A program made the translations under genes and the position numbers. The notes beneath the pieces are model-generated. The model saw only the letters and a list, made by a program, of their open reading frames with translations. It searched no databases and was not told the origin of the DNA. A stretch of DNA of 64,000 nt. It comes from Candidatus Omnitrophota bacterium. GTDB taxonomy: Bacteria; Omnitrophota; Gorgyraeia; Gygaellales; Profunditerraquicolaceae. Below are positions 10,224 through 19,717 of the stretch, one piece after another. Position 1 is the stretch's first letter. Every line of letters starts with the position of its first letter. The stretch lies in assembly GCA_043812955.1 (NCBI GenBank), contig JBDRLN010000018.1, forward strand, positions 13,849 through 77,848, given 5' to 3'.

Positions 10224-11806
10224 AATTTTATTACCTTTACAGCCAATATATTGTCCAGCTTTTTGATCTTTTCCAAAAGTTCAGGGGATATCGAGCTATC
10301 CACGTTTAATAAACTTACCGCTTCTTGACCCTCGATCTTACGGCCAAAGGTCATTGCCGCGATATTGATATTGTGCTTTCCTAAAAGCGTACCGATACTT
10401 CCGATGATCCCGGGTTTATCCCAATTTTTCATAGTCAACAAGTATCCTGACGGAGAAGCCTCAACATAAAAATCATCGATATTAACAATCCTGGGCTCTC
10501 TCTTCGGAGAAAGTGATGCCGCAAACTTACGGGTTTCTTTATCAGTGATTATCTTAAGCGAGATCAGGTTCACGAAATCCTCTTCCACTAAAGCCTTGGT
10601 CTCTTTGATCTGGATGCCCCTCGCCTTGGCGATTGGGATAGCATTGATAAAATTAACCGTATCTTTTAAAACCGGTTTTAAGAGCCCTTTGACTAATGCC
10701 ATAGTCAGAGAAGTGGTGTTATATTTGGTGATATCGCCGCTATACAAAATACTGATTTCATTGATCCTTCCCTCGATTATCTGGCCGGAAAAATCTCCCA
10801 ATTTCTCAGCCATAATTATATACGGCTGTAATACTTTATAAAGCTCTGAGTCAATATTTGGATAATTTGCCGCATTGCGAATGCCTTTACCGGATAAAAA
10901 ATCCCGCACGCATTCAGCTACTTCAATAGCTACGTTTACCTGGGCCTCTTCGGTTGAAGCCCCTAAATGGCAGCTGACTACCACATTATCCATTTTTAAT
11001 AATTCCGAATTCGGATCCGGCGGTTCTTTTTCAAATACGTCTAAAGCAGCACCCGCGATCTTGCCTTCTTTAAGCGCTTTGATCAAAGCCTGTTCTTCGA
11101 TTATCCCGCCCCTAGCGCAATTAATTACCCGAGCTGTCTTTTTCATTAAATTAAACTCTGCATCTGAAATCAGGTATTTAGTATCTTCGGTTAGAGGGAC
11201 ATGCACAGTAATAAAATCCGCAGTTTTTAATAATTCATTTAATTCTACCGCTTCGATCCCCATATGCTGGGCTGCTTCGCGGGATAAATAAGGATCGTAG
11301 GCCAAAACCTTCATCCCGAAAGAAAGCGCCCGCTTAGCCACTTCTGAACCGATTTTGCCCAGGCCGACTACACCCAGAATTTTCTGGTAAAGCTCGACTC
11401 CCATAAACTTAGAACGTTTCCATTCCCCGGCTTTAGTAGTAGAATTTGCCAAAGGGATACTCCGGGCCAAAGATAAAATAAGGCTCAAGGTCTGCTCGCA
11501 GGTAGAAATAGTATTGCCCGCCGGAGTATTCATTACCACTATGCCTCTCTCAGTTGCTGCCGGCAGATCTACGTTATCCAGGCCCACACCTGCCCTGCCG
11601 ATAACTTTCAGTTTATTGGCCGCGGCAATAATATCCTTGGTCACCTTGGTAGCGCTCCTGATTAAAAGGGCATCGTAATCTCCGACCATAGCCTTTAATT
11701 CTTCTGGCTTCATCCCGGTCTTGATGTCAACCTGAAAATCCTTATTTGACTTTAATATTTTTAAACCTTCTTCGGACAAAGAATCACTGACTAGAATTTT
11801 GAACAT
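10220..11806 (-). CDS. serA: D-3-phosphoglycerate dehydrogenase
   Basis: GRAGVGLDNVD, GLGKIG, INCARGG, AALDVF and HLGASTEEAQ motifs, with a C-terminal ACT domain. Confidence 0.97.
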   Translation of the reverse strand: MFKILVSDSLSEEGLKILKSNKDFQVDIKTGMKPEELKAMVGDYDALLIRSATKVTKDIIAAANKLKVIGRAGVGLDNVDLPAATERGIVVMNTPAGNTISTCEQTLSLILSLARSIPLANSTTKAGEWKRSKFMGVELYQKILGVVGLGKIGSEVAKRALSFGMKVLAYDPYLSREAAQHMGIEAVELNELLKTADFITVHVPLTEDTKYLISDAEFNLMKKTARVINCARGGIIEEQALIKALKEGKIAGAALDVFEKEPPDPNSELLKMDNVVVSCHLGASTEEAQVNVAIEVAECVRDFLSGKGIRNAANYPNIDSELYKVLQPYIIMAEKLGDFSGQIIEGRINEISILYSGDITKYNTTSLTMALVKGLLKPVLKDTVNFINAIPIAKARGIQIKETKALVEEDFVNLISLKIITDKETRKFAASLSPKREPRIVNIDDFYVEASPSGYLLTMKNWDKPGIIGSIGTLLGKHNINIAAMTFGRKIEGQEAVSLLNVDSSISPELLEKIKKLDNILAVKVIKL

Positions 11807-11844
11807 CGCGTTAATCCTCCTTACTTATCTGTTAAATATAATCT

Positions 11845-11924
11845 AGGCATAGGTAAAGGTGTAGGTATAGAAAAATTTACGCCTTAAAAAATGCTTTACT
11901 CTACCTCTACCTTTTCCTTTACCT
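11845..11924. repeat. AGGTAN hexamer inverted repeat (family C)
   Basis: AGGCAT-AGGTAA-AGGTGT-AGGTAT mirrored by CTACCT/TTACCT units. Confidence 0.75.
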
Positions 11925-11927
11925 TCT

Positions 11928-13064
11928 TTATTTTAAAAATATCTCTTCCGCTGCTTTGACCCCTGCGCCCAATTGAAACTTATAACCCATCTGGGTCAGG
12001 ACTTTTTCTAAACAAGATATTCCTAAAATAATATCAAACTCTCCGATATAACCCATGTGGGCGATCCGGATAAGCTTGCCTTTCATTTCTGATTGGCCGC
12101 CGGCAATAGTAACCCCATGAGTATCCCGCATAGTCTTGACCAGCTTTTCTCCGTCGATTCCAGCCGGAACTTTAGCCGCGGTTACCACATCTGACGCAGC
12201 GTGAGGTGCAAAAAGCTCTAACCCTAAAGCTTTCATTGCAGCCCTGGTAGCATCCGCCATTTTCTGGTGCCGCTTAAAAATATTCTCCAGGCCATCCTGT
12301 TTCATTAATTTGATTGCTTCGTTAAGCGCAATAATCAAACCAATAGCCGGTGTCCAGGGAGTATCGGTGCTCTCGTAAGCCTTCTGGCAGGCTTTTAAAC
12401 TAAAATAATATTTCGGGCATTTAGATGTTTCGATCAATTTCCAGGCCTTGGGGCTGACTGAAATAAAACCTAGTCCCGGAGGAAGCATCAGCCCTTTTTG
12501 AGAACCTGAAACCACTACATCGCAATTCCAGGCATCGGTCTTTAAATCAATCGCTCCTAAGCCGCTGATAGCATCAACCACCAATACTGCCGGAGTATCT
12601 TTTAAAACCGCACCGATCGCCTGCATATCTACCGCGACACCGGTTGAAGTTTCGCAAAGAGTAGTAAATACCGCCTTTATTTTGGGATTGCTCTTTAATT
12701 TTTTTTCTATCTCTTTGGGGTCTACTGCCTGGCCCCATTCCACTTTTAATACTTCACAATTAATCCCGTAGGCTTGGGCGATTTCAGTCCAGCGCTCGCC
12801 GAATTTACCGCCCTCTACAGTGATAACCGTATCGCCTGGCGAAAGCAGATTTATAACTGCCGCCTCCATCGCCCCGGTTCCGGAAGAAGCTAAAATAAAG
12901 ACGTTACTGGTGGTCTGGTATACGTATTTTAAACCTTCATGCGCTTCTTTTAATATCACCTGGAACTGCGGAGTGCGGTGATGGATTATTGGTCTGGCCA
13001 AAGCCTCACAAACTTCCGCCGGCAATGGTGTCGGGCCTGGAGTAAGTAAATAATTTTTCTTCAT
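11928..13064 (-). CDS. Class V PLP aminotransferase (serine-pyruvate/alanine-glyoxylate family; probably the phosphoserine aminotransferase role)
   Basis: TPGPT, SSGTGAME, ETSTG, DAISG, GSQKGLMLPPG and RIAHMG motifs. Directly upstream of serA. Confidence 0.9.
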   Translation of the reverse strand: MKKNYLLTPGPTPLPAEVCEALARPIIHHRTPQFQVILKEAHEGLKYVYQTTSNVFILASSGTGAMEAAVINLLSPGDTVITVEGGKFGERWTEIAQAYGINCEVLKVEWGQAVDPKEIEKKLKSNPKIKAVFTTLCETSTGVAVDMQAIGAVLKDTPAVLVVDAISGLGAIDLKTDAWNCDVVVSGSQKGLMLPPGLGFISVSPKAWKLIETSKCPKYYFSLKACQKAYESTDTPWTPAIGLIIALNEAIKLMKQDGLENIFKRHQKMADATRAAMKALGLELFAPHAASDVVTAAKVPAGIDGEKLVKTMRDTHGVTIAGGQSEMKGKLIRIAHMGYIGEFDIILGISCLEKVLTQMGYKFQLGAGVKAAEEIFLK

Positions 13065-13091
13065 CGTAATTCCCTCCCATCTTAACCACTC

Positions 13092-13124
13092 CCACCCCGT
13101 AGGTGTCTTACACCTACGGGGTGG
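13092..13124. repeat. REP-like hairpin CCACCCCGTAGGTGT-CTT-ACACCTACGGGGTGG (family D)
   Basis: 15-bp perfect stem with a 3-nt loop. Identical copy at 22698-22730. Confidence 0.9.
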
Positions 13125-13130
13125 CTGTGG

Positions 13131-13736
13131 TTATTTTTTCTTACCTATAAATACTTCATCCACTAAGCCATACTCTTTGGCTTCCTGGGCTGACATAAAA
13201 AAATCCCGGTCGCTGTCATTTTTAATCCTCTCAATCAACTGGCCGGTATGCATTGCCAGAATCTCATTTACTCTATCTCTGAGTTTTAAAATCTCCTGGG
13301 CATGCCTGGAGATATCTTCTGCCGCTCCCTGAACCCCTCCCCAGGGCTGGTGTATCATAACCCGCGAGTTAGGCAAAGAAGAACGTTTCCCTTTGGTTCC
13401 GGCGCATAAAAGAATTGCCCCCATACTGGCAGCCTGGCCCACGCAATAAGTAGCCACATCGCACTTAATAAATTGCATTGTATCATAAATAGCCATCCCG
13501 GAAGTAACCGAACCTCCGGGCGAATTAATATAAAGGCTGATATCTTTGGCCGCATCTTCCTGCTGTAAAAATAACATCTGGGCAATAATCAGATTTGCCA
13601 CATTATCATCTATGGCAGTGCCTAAAAAAATTATCCTGTCCTTTAAAAGCCGGGAGTAAATATCATAAGCCCTTTCATAACCCCGGGCAGTCTGCTCGAT
13701 CACCATCGGAACCAAAACCTGATTCTTAATATCCAT
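13131..13736 (-). CDS. clpP: ATP-dependent Clp protease proteolytic subunit
   Basis: [29 protein letters not shown] (catalytic Ser), MIHQP and DRD motifs. Start placed at MDIKNQ, downstream of GGAGGTGG. Confidence 0.97.
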   Translation of the reverse strand: MDIKNQVLVPMVIEQTARGYERAYDIYSRLLKDRIIFLGTAIDDNVANLIIAQMLFLQQEDAAKDISLYINSPGGSVTSGMAIYDTMQFIKCDVATYCVGQAASMGAILLCAGTKGKRSSLPNSRVMIHQPWGGVQGAAEDISRHAQEILKLRDRVNEILAMHTGQLIERIKNDSDRDFFMSAQEAKEYGLVDEVFIGKKK

Positions 13737-13842
13737 TCTCCACCTCCTTAAGCTCACACCTGCGCCGTAGGCGCATTTAGCGAAATCCACCAGCCCTTTT
13801 GGATATTTACTTAACGTAGGTTCCCTAAAAGGGCTAGGCTAG

Positions 13843-14718
13843 TTATTTAATTTCCCAATTTGCTTCTCTGAACAAAAACTCCATTACCTTCTGCGGCATA
13901 TGGTCGTCTACTATTATATTCTCTTTTTTAGCTATGGCAGCCAGGATCATATAGATTTTTACTTGTTTTCTCGCCTGCGGCTCCAATTCCTGGGCAATCT
14001 TTTTCTCCTCTTCTTCGATCTTCTCTTTAGGCACTCCCTTTATAGCCAAGTCCACCTTAGTCTGCCGGAGCAGGTCTTCCTGCTGCTTTTTTACCAATGA
14101 CTCCGGAAGTTTAAAATCCAGTTCCTTGGTAAGCGCTTCGACGACCTGGCCTTCAACTTTCTGGCGCTGCTGATTATCTTTTTGGGCAGCCAGCTGCCTC
14201 TCCATTACCTTCTCCAACTCAGCGATATTAGGATAACCTAAACTCCTGGCAAAATTATCGTCTAGTGTTTGAGCCTTGCGCGATTCCTTGATAGAATCGA
14301 TATTACGCTTGATTTCATCTGCGCTAACTATCGCATTCTGATATTCAATCTTTAAACCCTTGTATTTATTGACTGCTATCTCCGGCATTATCTCTAATCT
14401 CGCCTTAAAAGAAAGCACATTCCTGTCTAACTTAACATCGGTTATCTGAGGCAAGTCTATGACTCCTAAATTCTCTTTATCCAGGGCCTGGCCATAAACC
14501 TCAGGTATTAATTCCCGCATAACCTGCTCATGGGCCAAAGAAGAATAATTCTTTTCCAATATATCCCGCGGCACATGCCCGGGACGGAAACCTTTTACTT
14601 TAGCTTCCTGGCCTATCCTTTTAAAAACATCCTCAAATTTATTCTTGACCACATCTCCACTGACTTCCACGGATATTTCTCTCTTGGCGTCATCGATTAC
14701 CTTAACTTCAGTTTTCAT
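13843..14718 (-). CDS. tig: Trigger factor, apparently lacking the FKBP PPIase domain
   Basis: Ribosome-binding signature GFRPGHVP, then LDDNFA and a C-terminal chaperone domain. Only 291 aa. Upstream of clpP. Confidence 0.88.
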   Translation of the reverse strand: MKTEVKVIDDAKREISVEVSGDVVKNKFEDVFKRIGQEAKVKGFRPGHVPRDILEKNYSSLAHEQVMRELIPEVYGQALDKENLGVIDLPQITDVKLDRNVLSFKARLEIMPEIAVNKYKGLKIEYQNAIVSADEIKRNIDSIKESRKAQTLDDNFARSLGYPNIAELEKVMERQLAAQKDNQQRQKVEGQVVEALTKELDFKLPESLVKKQQEDLLRQTKVDLAIKGVPKEKIEEEEKKIAQELEPQARKQVKIYMILAAIAKKENIIVDDHMPQKVMEFLFREANWEIK

Positions 14719-14745
14719 TGGTTGCTATTCTCCTTCTTTTTTTTA

Positions 14746-14803
14746 CACGGATTTCCGCGGATTATCCGCGTAAATCCGTTATTTTATCTGCGTGTATCCG
14801 CGT
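14746..14803. repeat. CACGGAT/ATCCGCG repeat (family B)
   Basis: Shares 27 identical bp with 3240-3266. Confidence 0.8.
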
Positions 14804-14804
14804 T

Positions 14805-15527
14805 TTACATCCTAAATTTTTCCCCTAAATATATCTCTTTAGCCTTAGGGTTATTGATCAGTTCTTCGGTCGGACCCGAAATCAAAATCCTGCCGTCAGC
14901 GATCAAGTAAGCCCGATCAGTAATTGACAAGGTCTCTCTTACATTATGGTCGGTAAGTAAAATTCCTAAGCCTTTCTGTTTTAATTCTTTAATGATCTCC
15001 TGGGCTTCATTAACAATGATCGGATCTATCCCGGAAAACGGCTCATCTAAAAGTATAAATGACGGATTGGTAACCAATGCCCGGGTGATCTCTAAACGCC
15101 TTCTCTCCCCGCCGGAAAGGGTAAAGGCCTTATTCCTGGCCAGATGGGCGATCTTTAATTCCTCAAGCAAATTCTTCAACCTCTTCAAACGATGCTTCTT
15201 GTTCATCGGAAGAGTCTCTAAGATCGCCATAATATTTTCTTCAACCGTGAGCTTCCGGAATATCGACGGCTCCTGAGAAAGATAGCCTATGCCGTAACGC
15301 GAACGCTCGTGTATCGGTAAAGAAGTTATATCCTCATTATCAAAAATGATCTTTCCTTTATTAGGCGGAATGATCCCGACCACCATATAGAATGTTGTAG
15401 TCTTGCCCGCGCCGTTAGGGCCCAAAAGCCCGACTATCTCGCCGCGTTTAACCAACATATCAACACCCTTAACTACTTCCCTGCCATCGTAGGATTTGGA
15501 TAAACCCTTAATTTCCAGTAAGTGCAC
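14805..15527 (-). CDS. lptB: LPS export ABC transporter ATP-binding protein
   Basis: GPNGAGKTT, YLSQEPSIF, LSGGERRRLEI, LDEPFSG and ILLTDHNVRETL motifs. Confidence 0.96.
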   Translation of the reverse strand: MHLLEIKGLSKSYDGREVVKGVDMLVKRGEIVGLLGPNGAGKTTTFYMVVGIIPPNKGKIIFDNEDITSLPIHERSRYGIGYLSQEPSIFRKLTVEENIMAILETLPMNKKHRLKRLKNLLEELKIAHLARNKAFTLSGGERRRLEITRALVTNPSFILLDEPFSGIDPIIVNEAQEIIKELKQKGLGILLTDHNVRETLSITDRAYLIADGRILISGPTEELINNPKAKEIYLGEKFRM

Positions 15528-16428
15528 CTTTAAAATCCTCCGCTGAGGCTATCTCAAGTTTTGGCCTTCCTGAGAGTATGATCTTATTATCCACTGAGTT
15601 ATAGATCGCCTCATCACTGTAAGAGACGTTGCTCCCCCGAACTATCTTAACATTGCCCCAGGCCCGGATTTTATCAATCTGCGAACCCATGAACATCGAA
15701 CCTTCGCCGATAATTTCGGGTTTTTTTGGCGCTGCTTTTTTATCTGAGGAGCTAAAATATATATCCATTATATCGCTATAGATAGTCATATCATCAGTGA
15801 CTACTTTAACGTTCTTATTAAAAGTAGCGGTTTTTTTACGATAATCGATCTGTAAAGGCCCATCGCAGGTAATCATTACCTTGCCAAAACCTTTTCCTTT
15901 AGTCTTGGATCCGGGAAGCGGTAAAACATCCACCGATACATCCTTGGATAAGCTAGCCTGACTTAAGTCTGGATGGCTTATCGCGCCTTTACCGGTAGTA
16001 ACCACATTTTCTTTTTCTATTTTTACGCTATCCTCGGTAGAAATAGTCTTATTCTGCTTATCCCAATCTAAGGAATCGGTAGTCATCTTGGCTCCAGAAG
16101 AAATAGTCACTACTACATTCTTCTCTAGATGCATCTTTCCGGCGCTACGGTTATAATCCCCGGTATCAGCCATTAAGGTAACGTTATCCTGCTCCCCGTA
16201 AAAATTACTGGTAATATTATTAAGTTTTATGCTCTCCGCCGAAATATCCGCGGATTTTCCTTTAATATCCCAATTCCTTTTGCCCTTATCAGCGTAACCA
16301 GAAAGGGTAAAATCCTGGACCTGCTGGTCAGAGTCATTATTCGACTGGTTAGTGTTATCCGCAGCCTGAGCAGGCGTTGCGGAAAATATCAGAATCAGCA
16401 TTAAAGGAACCAGTCTTTTAAATATCAT
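15508..16428 (-). CDS. LptC/LptA(OstA)-like beta-jellyroll LPS transport protein (two-domain fusion)
   Basis: Signal peptide, then an LptC-like region (WDIKG, MTTDSLDWD) and an OstA-like region (ATFNKNVKV, AWGNVKI, IILSGRP). Sits between kdsC and lptB. Confidence 0.8.
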   Translation of the reverse strand: MIFKRLVPLMLILIFSATPAQAADNTNQSNNDSDQQVQDFTLSGYADKGKRNWDIKGKSADISAESIKLNNITSNFYGEQDNVTLMADTGDYNRSAGKMHLEKNVVVTISSGAKMTTDSLDWDKQNKTISTEDSVKIEKENVVTTGKGAISHPDLSQASLSKDVSVDVLPLPGSKTKGKGFGKVMITCDGPLQIDYRKKTATFNKNVKVVTDDMTIYSDIMDIYFSSSDKKAAPKKPEIIGEGSMFMGSQIDKIRAWGNVKIVRGSNVSYSDEAIYNSVDNKIILSGRPKLEIASAEDFKGALTGN

Positions 16429-16945
16429 AAAACCCGACCGCTTCTTTCCATTTCCCCTGAGTCTTAAGGATCAGTTCGGCAATCTCCCTGACCGCGCCCC
16501 TGCCCCCTTCTTTCATCGTAATATAAGAGGCCACTCTTTTGACTTCCGGACAAGCGTTAAACACAGCCACCGAAAAACCCACCCTCTTCATCAGACAGAT
16601 GTCCACCAGGTCGTCGCCGGCAAAACATACCTCATCCTTAGTCAACCTGTATTTCTTTAGAATCTTCGCCAGAACCTTACTCTTAGGAGTTATATTTTTA
16701 AATACCATATCTACCCGCATATCCCGGGCCCGGGGTTTGATCGCCCGCGAATCTTTGGCAGTGATAAGTACCGTCGGAATACCGCACTTTTTCAAAAGAT
16801 ATACTCCCAGTCCATCATGCACGTCAAAGGACTTCAGATCCGAGCCTTTAGAATCATAGACTATCCTTCCGTCGGTCAGGACCCCGTCAACATCCAATAA
16901 CAATAGTTTAACCTTCTTGGCTTTCTCTAGTATATATTCTTCCAT
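16418..16945 (-). CDS. kdsC: KDO 8-phosphate phosphatase
   Basis: DVDGVLTDG, FDVHDGLG, GDDLVD and GGRGAVREI motifs. Confidence 0.95.
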   Translation of the reverse strand: MEEYILEKAKKVKLLLLDVDGVLTDGRIVYDSKGSDLKSFDVHDGLGVYLLKKCGIPTVLITAKDSRAIKPRARDMRVDMVFKNITPKSKVLAKILKKYRLTKDEVCFAGDDLVDICLMKRVGFSVAVFNACPEVKRVASYITMKEGGRGAVREIAELILKTQGKWKEAVGFYDI

Positions 16946-16958
16946 TTTTTTAGGGGAA

Positions 16959-17930
16959 TTAAACCAGACCTGCCCTTAACAAATCCTGGATATCCAAGAG
17001 CCCGACCGGCTTATTATTTTTATCCACAACCGGGATTTCGTCAATCTTTTTTTCTTCCAGGATACGCATGCCTTCGGCAGCCAGCCTATCCGCAGTAATC
17101 ACTAAAGGATCCTTGGTCATTATCTCTTTGATCTTACGCCGGGTGAGATTAACATCCTCCTCTAAATGCCGGCGCAGGTCTCCGTCGGTAAATATACCAA
17201 CGAGCCTCCCTTTATTATCCACTATTGTGGCTGAGCCTGCCCTGGCCTGGGTTATTTTAAGTAAGACTTGAGAAACTCTCATATCTTCACTGACTACAGG
17301 GCTGGCTTTTCCAGTGCGCATAATATCGCTTACCTTTAAAAGCAGGCGCTTGCCTAAAGCCCCGCCGGGATGAAAAAAAGCGAAATCCTTCTCCTTAAAA
17401 CCTTTTAGTTCCAACAGACAAACTGCCAAAGCATCCGCCATAGCCAAAGCAGCGGTAGTAGACGCGGTAGGAGCCAGACCTAAAGAACAAGCCTCTTTTT
17501 TAACCGACACATCCAAAACCGAATCGCTATATTTTGCTAAAAGAGATTTGAGATTTCCGGTAAGGGCTATGACCTTAGAGCCTATTTTTTTTAAAAGCGG
17601 CATTAATTGCCTTAATTCTTCGCTTGAGCCGCTATTAGAGATTATTATTACCACATCATCGCAAGTCACTCTGCCTAAATCACCATGAACTGCCTCGGTA
17701 GTATGCAAAAATAAACTGGGAGTGCCTGTTGAAGCTAAAGTAGCAGAAAACTTCTGGGCGATAATACCGGTCTTGCCCATTCCGCTGACCACAATCCTCC
17801 CCCTGGCCTTAAACATTAGGTCCAGGGCTTTTGTAAATTCATCGCCTAGGCGAGATTTTAAAACCCTGATCGCCTCGATCTCAATATCCAGGACTTCTCT
17901 CGCTCTTTTTATAGTATTCATTCTATACAT
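16959..17930 (-). CDS. kdsD: Arabinose 5-phosphate isomerase (KpsF/GutQ family, SIS plus CBS domains)
   Basis: GMGKTG, STGTP, EAVHGDLG, LAPTAST, HPGGALG and TDGDLRR motifs. Confidence 0.95.
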   Translation of the reverse strand: MYRMNTIKRAREVLDIEIEAIRVLKSRLGDEFTKALDLMFKARGRIVVSGMGKTGIIAQKFSATLASTGTPSLFLHTTEAVHGDLGRVTCDDVVIIISNSGSSEELRQLMPLLKKIGSKVIALTGNLKSLLAKYSDSVLDVSVKKEACSLGLAPTASTTAALAMADALAVCLLELKGFKEKDFAFFHPGGALGKRLLLKVSDIMRTGKASPVVSEDMRVSQVLLKITQARAGSATIVDNKGRLVGIFTDGDLRRHLEEDVNLTRRKIKEIMTKDPLVITADRLAAEGMRILEEKKIDEIPVVDKNNKPVGLLDIQDLLRAGLV

Positions 17931-17933
17931 GAT

Positions 17934-18040
17934 GACACGCTGTCCTATCTAATCGGGACACGCTGTCCTAACTGAAGCGGAAACAGTGTCCCCTTTGACT
18001 TGGACAGCGTGTCCGCTTTAGCTCTAACAGCGTGGCAGGG
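17934..18040. repeat. GGACACGCTGTCC / GGACAGCGTGTCC REP-like cluster (family E)
   Basis: Two direct GACACGCTGTCC units and one inverted unit. Related copies at about 26208-26272 and 59305-59368. Confidence 0.85.
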
Positions 18041-18042
18041 AT

Positions 18043-18864
18043 TCAGGGATTCAGGGATTTTTCTATGCTTTTTACCTGCCTTAATAAACTCTCCAGCTCT
18101 TTCAGATCAATCATATTCGGCCCGTCGCAAAGAGCCTTCCCCAGAGAAACATGCACTTCTAAAAATAACCCATCGCAGCCAAAAGCTACAGCTGCCCGAG
18201 ACAACCCTGAAACAAATTCTCTCTGGCCTCCGGAAGAAGTGCCTTTTCCTCCGGGAAGCTGGATACTATGGGTAGCGTCATAAATTACCGGATAACCAAA
18301 CCCCCGAATTATTGCCAGGGAGCGTAAATCGGAAACTAAATTATTATAACCGAATGAAAAACCTCTCTCAGTGATCAGAATGGATTTATTCCCAGTTGAT
18401 TCTGCCTTTCTGATGATCGGCTGGATATCCCAAGGCGCTATAAATTGCCCTTTCTTAATATTAACTACCTTGCCACTTTTGGCTGCCGCTACCACTAAAT
18501 CAGTCTGACGGCATAATAAAGCCGGGATCTGGATTACGTCCAAAACTTTACTTACCTCAATAACTTCCTTCTGGCAGTGCACATCGCTTAATACCGGAAC
18601 TTTGATCTTTTGTTTTACCTTATGTAAAATATCCAAACCCTTTTTTAATCCCGGTCCTCGATAAGACTCTAAAGACATCCGGTTAGCCTTATCAAAACTG
18701 GACTTAAAAATAAAAGGTACGCCCAGTTTCACCGTGATATCTTTAATCCTGCGGGCCGCGTCTAAACAATTAGTTTCGGATTCAATAACACAAGGCCCGG
18801 CAATCAACGCTAAAGGATTGCCCCCTCCGATTTTTATATCCTGTATTTTTACGACTCTGGTCAT
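18043..18864 (-). CDS. kdsA: KDO 8-phosphate synthase
   Basis: IAGPCVIE, KSSFDKANR, QIPALLCRQTDL, NIKKGQF, TERG, DATHS and LEVH motifs. Confidence 0.97.
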   Translation of the reverse strand: MTRVVKIQDIKIGGGNPLALIAGPCVIESETNCLDAARRIKDITVKLGVPFIFKSSFDKANRMSLESYRGPGLKKGLDILHKVKQKIKVPVLSDVHCQKEVIEVSKVLDVIQIPALLCRQTDLVVAAAKSGKVVNIKKGQFIAPWDIQPIIRKAESTGNKSILITERGFSFGYNNLVSDLRSLAIIRGFGYPVIYDATHSIQLPGGKGTSSGGQREFVSGLSRAAVAFGCDGLFLEVHVSLGKALCDGPNMIDLKELESLLRQVKSIEKSLNP

Positions 18865-18869
18865 AATTA

Positions 18870-18941
18870 AAAAGTTTTCCCGCTCATAACCTTCAGGATT
18901 AGGCGGAATCCCGCATTATCTCAAATTCTATTGCGGGAAAA
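18870..18941. repeat. TTTTCCCGC...GCGGGAAAA hairpin element (family F)
   Basis: Terminal inverted arms around an internal GCGG(A/G)ATCCCGC. Similar to 10054-10130. Confidence 0.65.
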
Positions 18942-18958
18942 GAAAGATTAAAGTAAAT

Positions 18959-19714
18959 TTATTTCTTTCCTGTTTCTGCCTTAATATATTCTTCTACTCT
19001 TACCAGATCCTCAGGCGTATCTACACCAATAGTATCGTACTTAGTTTCCACAACCTTTATCCGGTAGCCTTCTTCCAAAACCCTCAGCTGTTCCAACTTT
19101 TCTATTCTTTCCAAATTTGACGGCGCCAGGTTCTTATATATAAAAAGAAAATCTTTGGTGTAACCGTATAAGCCGATATGTTTATAGTAGCTTGGTGAAT
19201 CGACTTCTGAATTTAGGGCCTTAAAAGGTATGACGGCCCGGGAAAAATAAAGGGCAAAATTATTCATATCTACAACCACCTTGACTATATTCGGGTCGTT
19301 TATAAGCTCCTGATTTTCAATTTTTTTCATCAGCGTAGCCATAGAAATTGATTTATTCCCCAGTAATGCCTGAGCCACGCTGTCGATCATAGTAGGGTGG
19401 ATCAAGGGCTCGTCAGCCTGAATATTTATTATTACCTTTACATCTAAGGGATTAACTACTTCAGCTATCCGGTCACTACCACAGGCATGGTCCTTGGAGG
19501 TCATTACTACCTTGGCCCCGAATTCCCGGGCCTTTTCAGCTACTTTCTCCTCATCGCAGGCAATAATTAAATCATCCAAAAGCCGGGATTTTTTAGCCCT
19601 TTCCCAAACATGCTCTAACATAGACTTGCCGGATATCTCAGCTAAAACCTTCCCTGAAAACCTGGCGGAAGAATATCTTGCCGGTATTACTCCTATTACA
19701 TCCATATTTTCCAT
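18959..19714 (-). CDS. kdsB: CMP-KDO synthetase
   Basis: IPARYSSARFSGK, GSDRI, NIQADEP, ALYFSR, HIGLYGY, EKLEQLR and GVDTPED motifs. Confidence 0.97.
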   Translation of the reverse strand: MENMDVIGVIPARYSSARFSGKVLAEISGKSMLEHVWERAKKSRLLDDLIIACDEEKVAEKAREFGAKVVMTSKDHACGSDRIAEVVNPLDVKVIINIQADEPLIHPTMIDSVAQALLGNKSISMATLMKKIENQELINDPNIVKVVVDMNNFALYFSRAVIPFKALNSEVDSPSYYKHIGLYGYTKDFLFIYKNLAPSNLERIEKLEQLRVLEEGYRIKVVETKYDTIGVDTPEDLVRVEEYIKAETGKK

Positions 19715-19717
19715 TCC

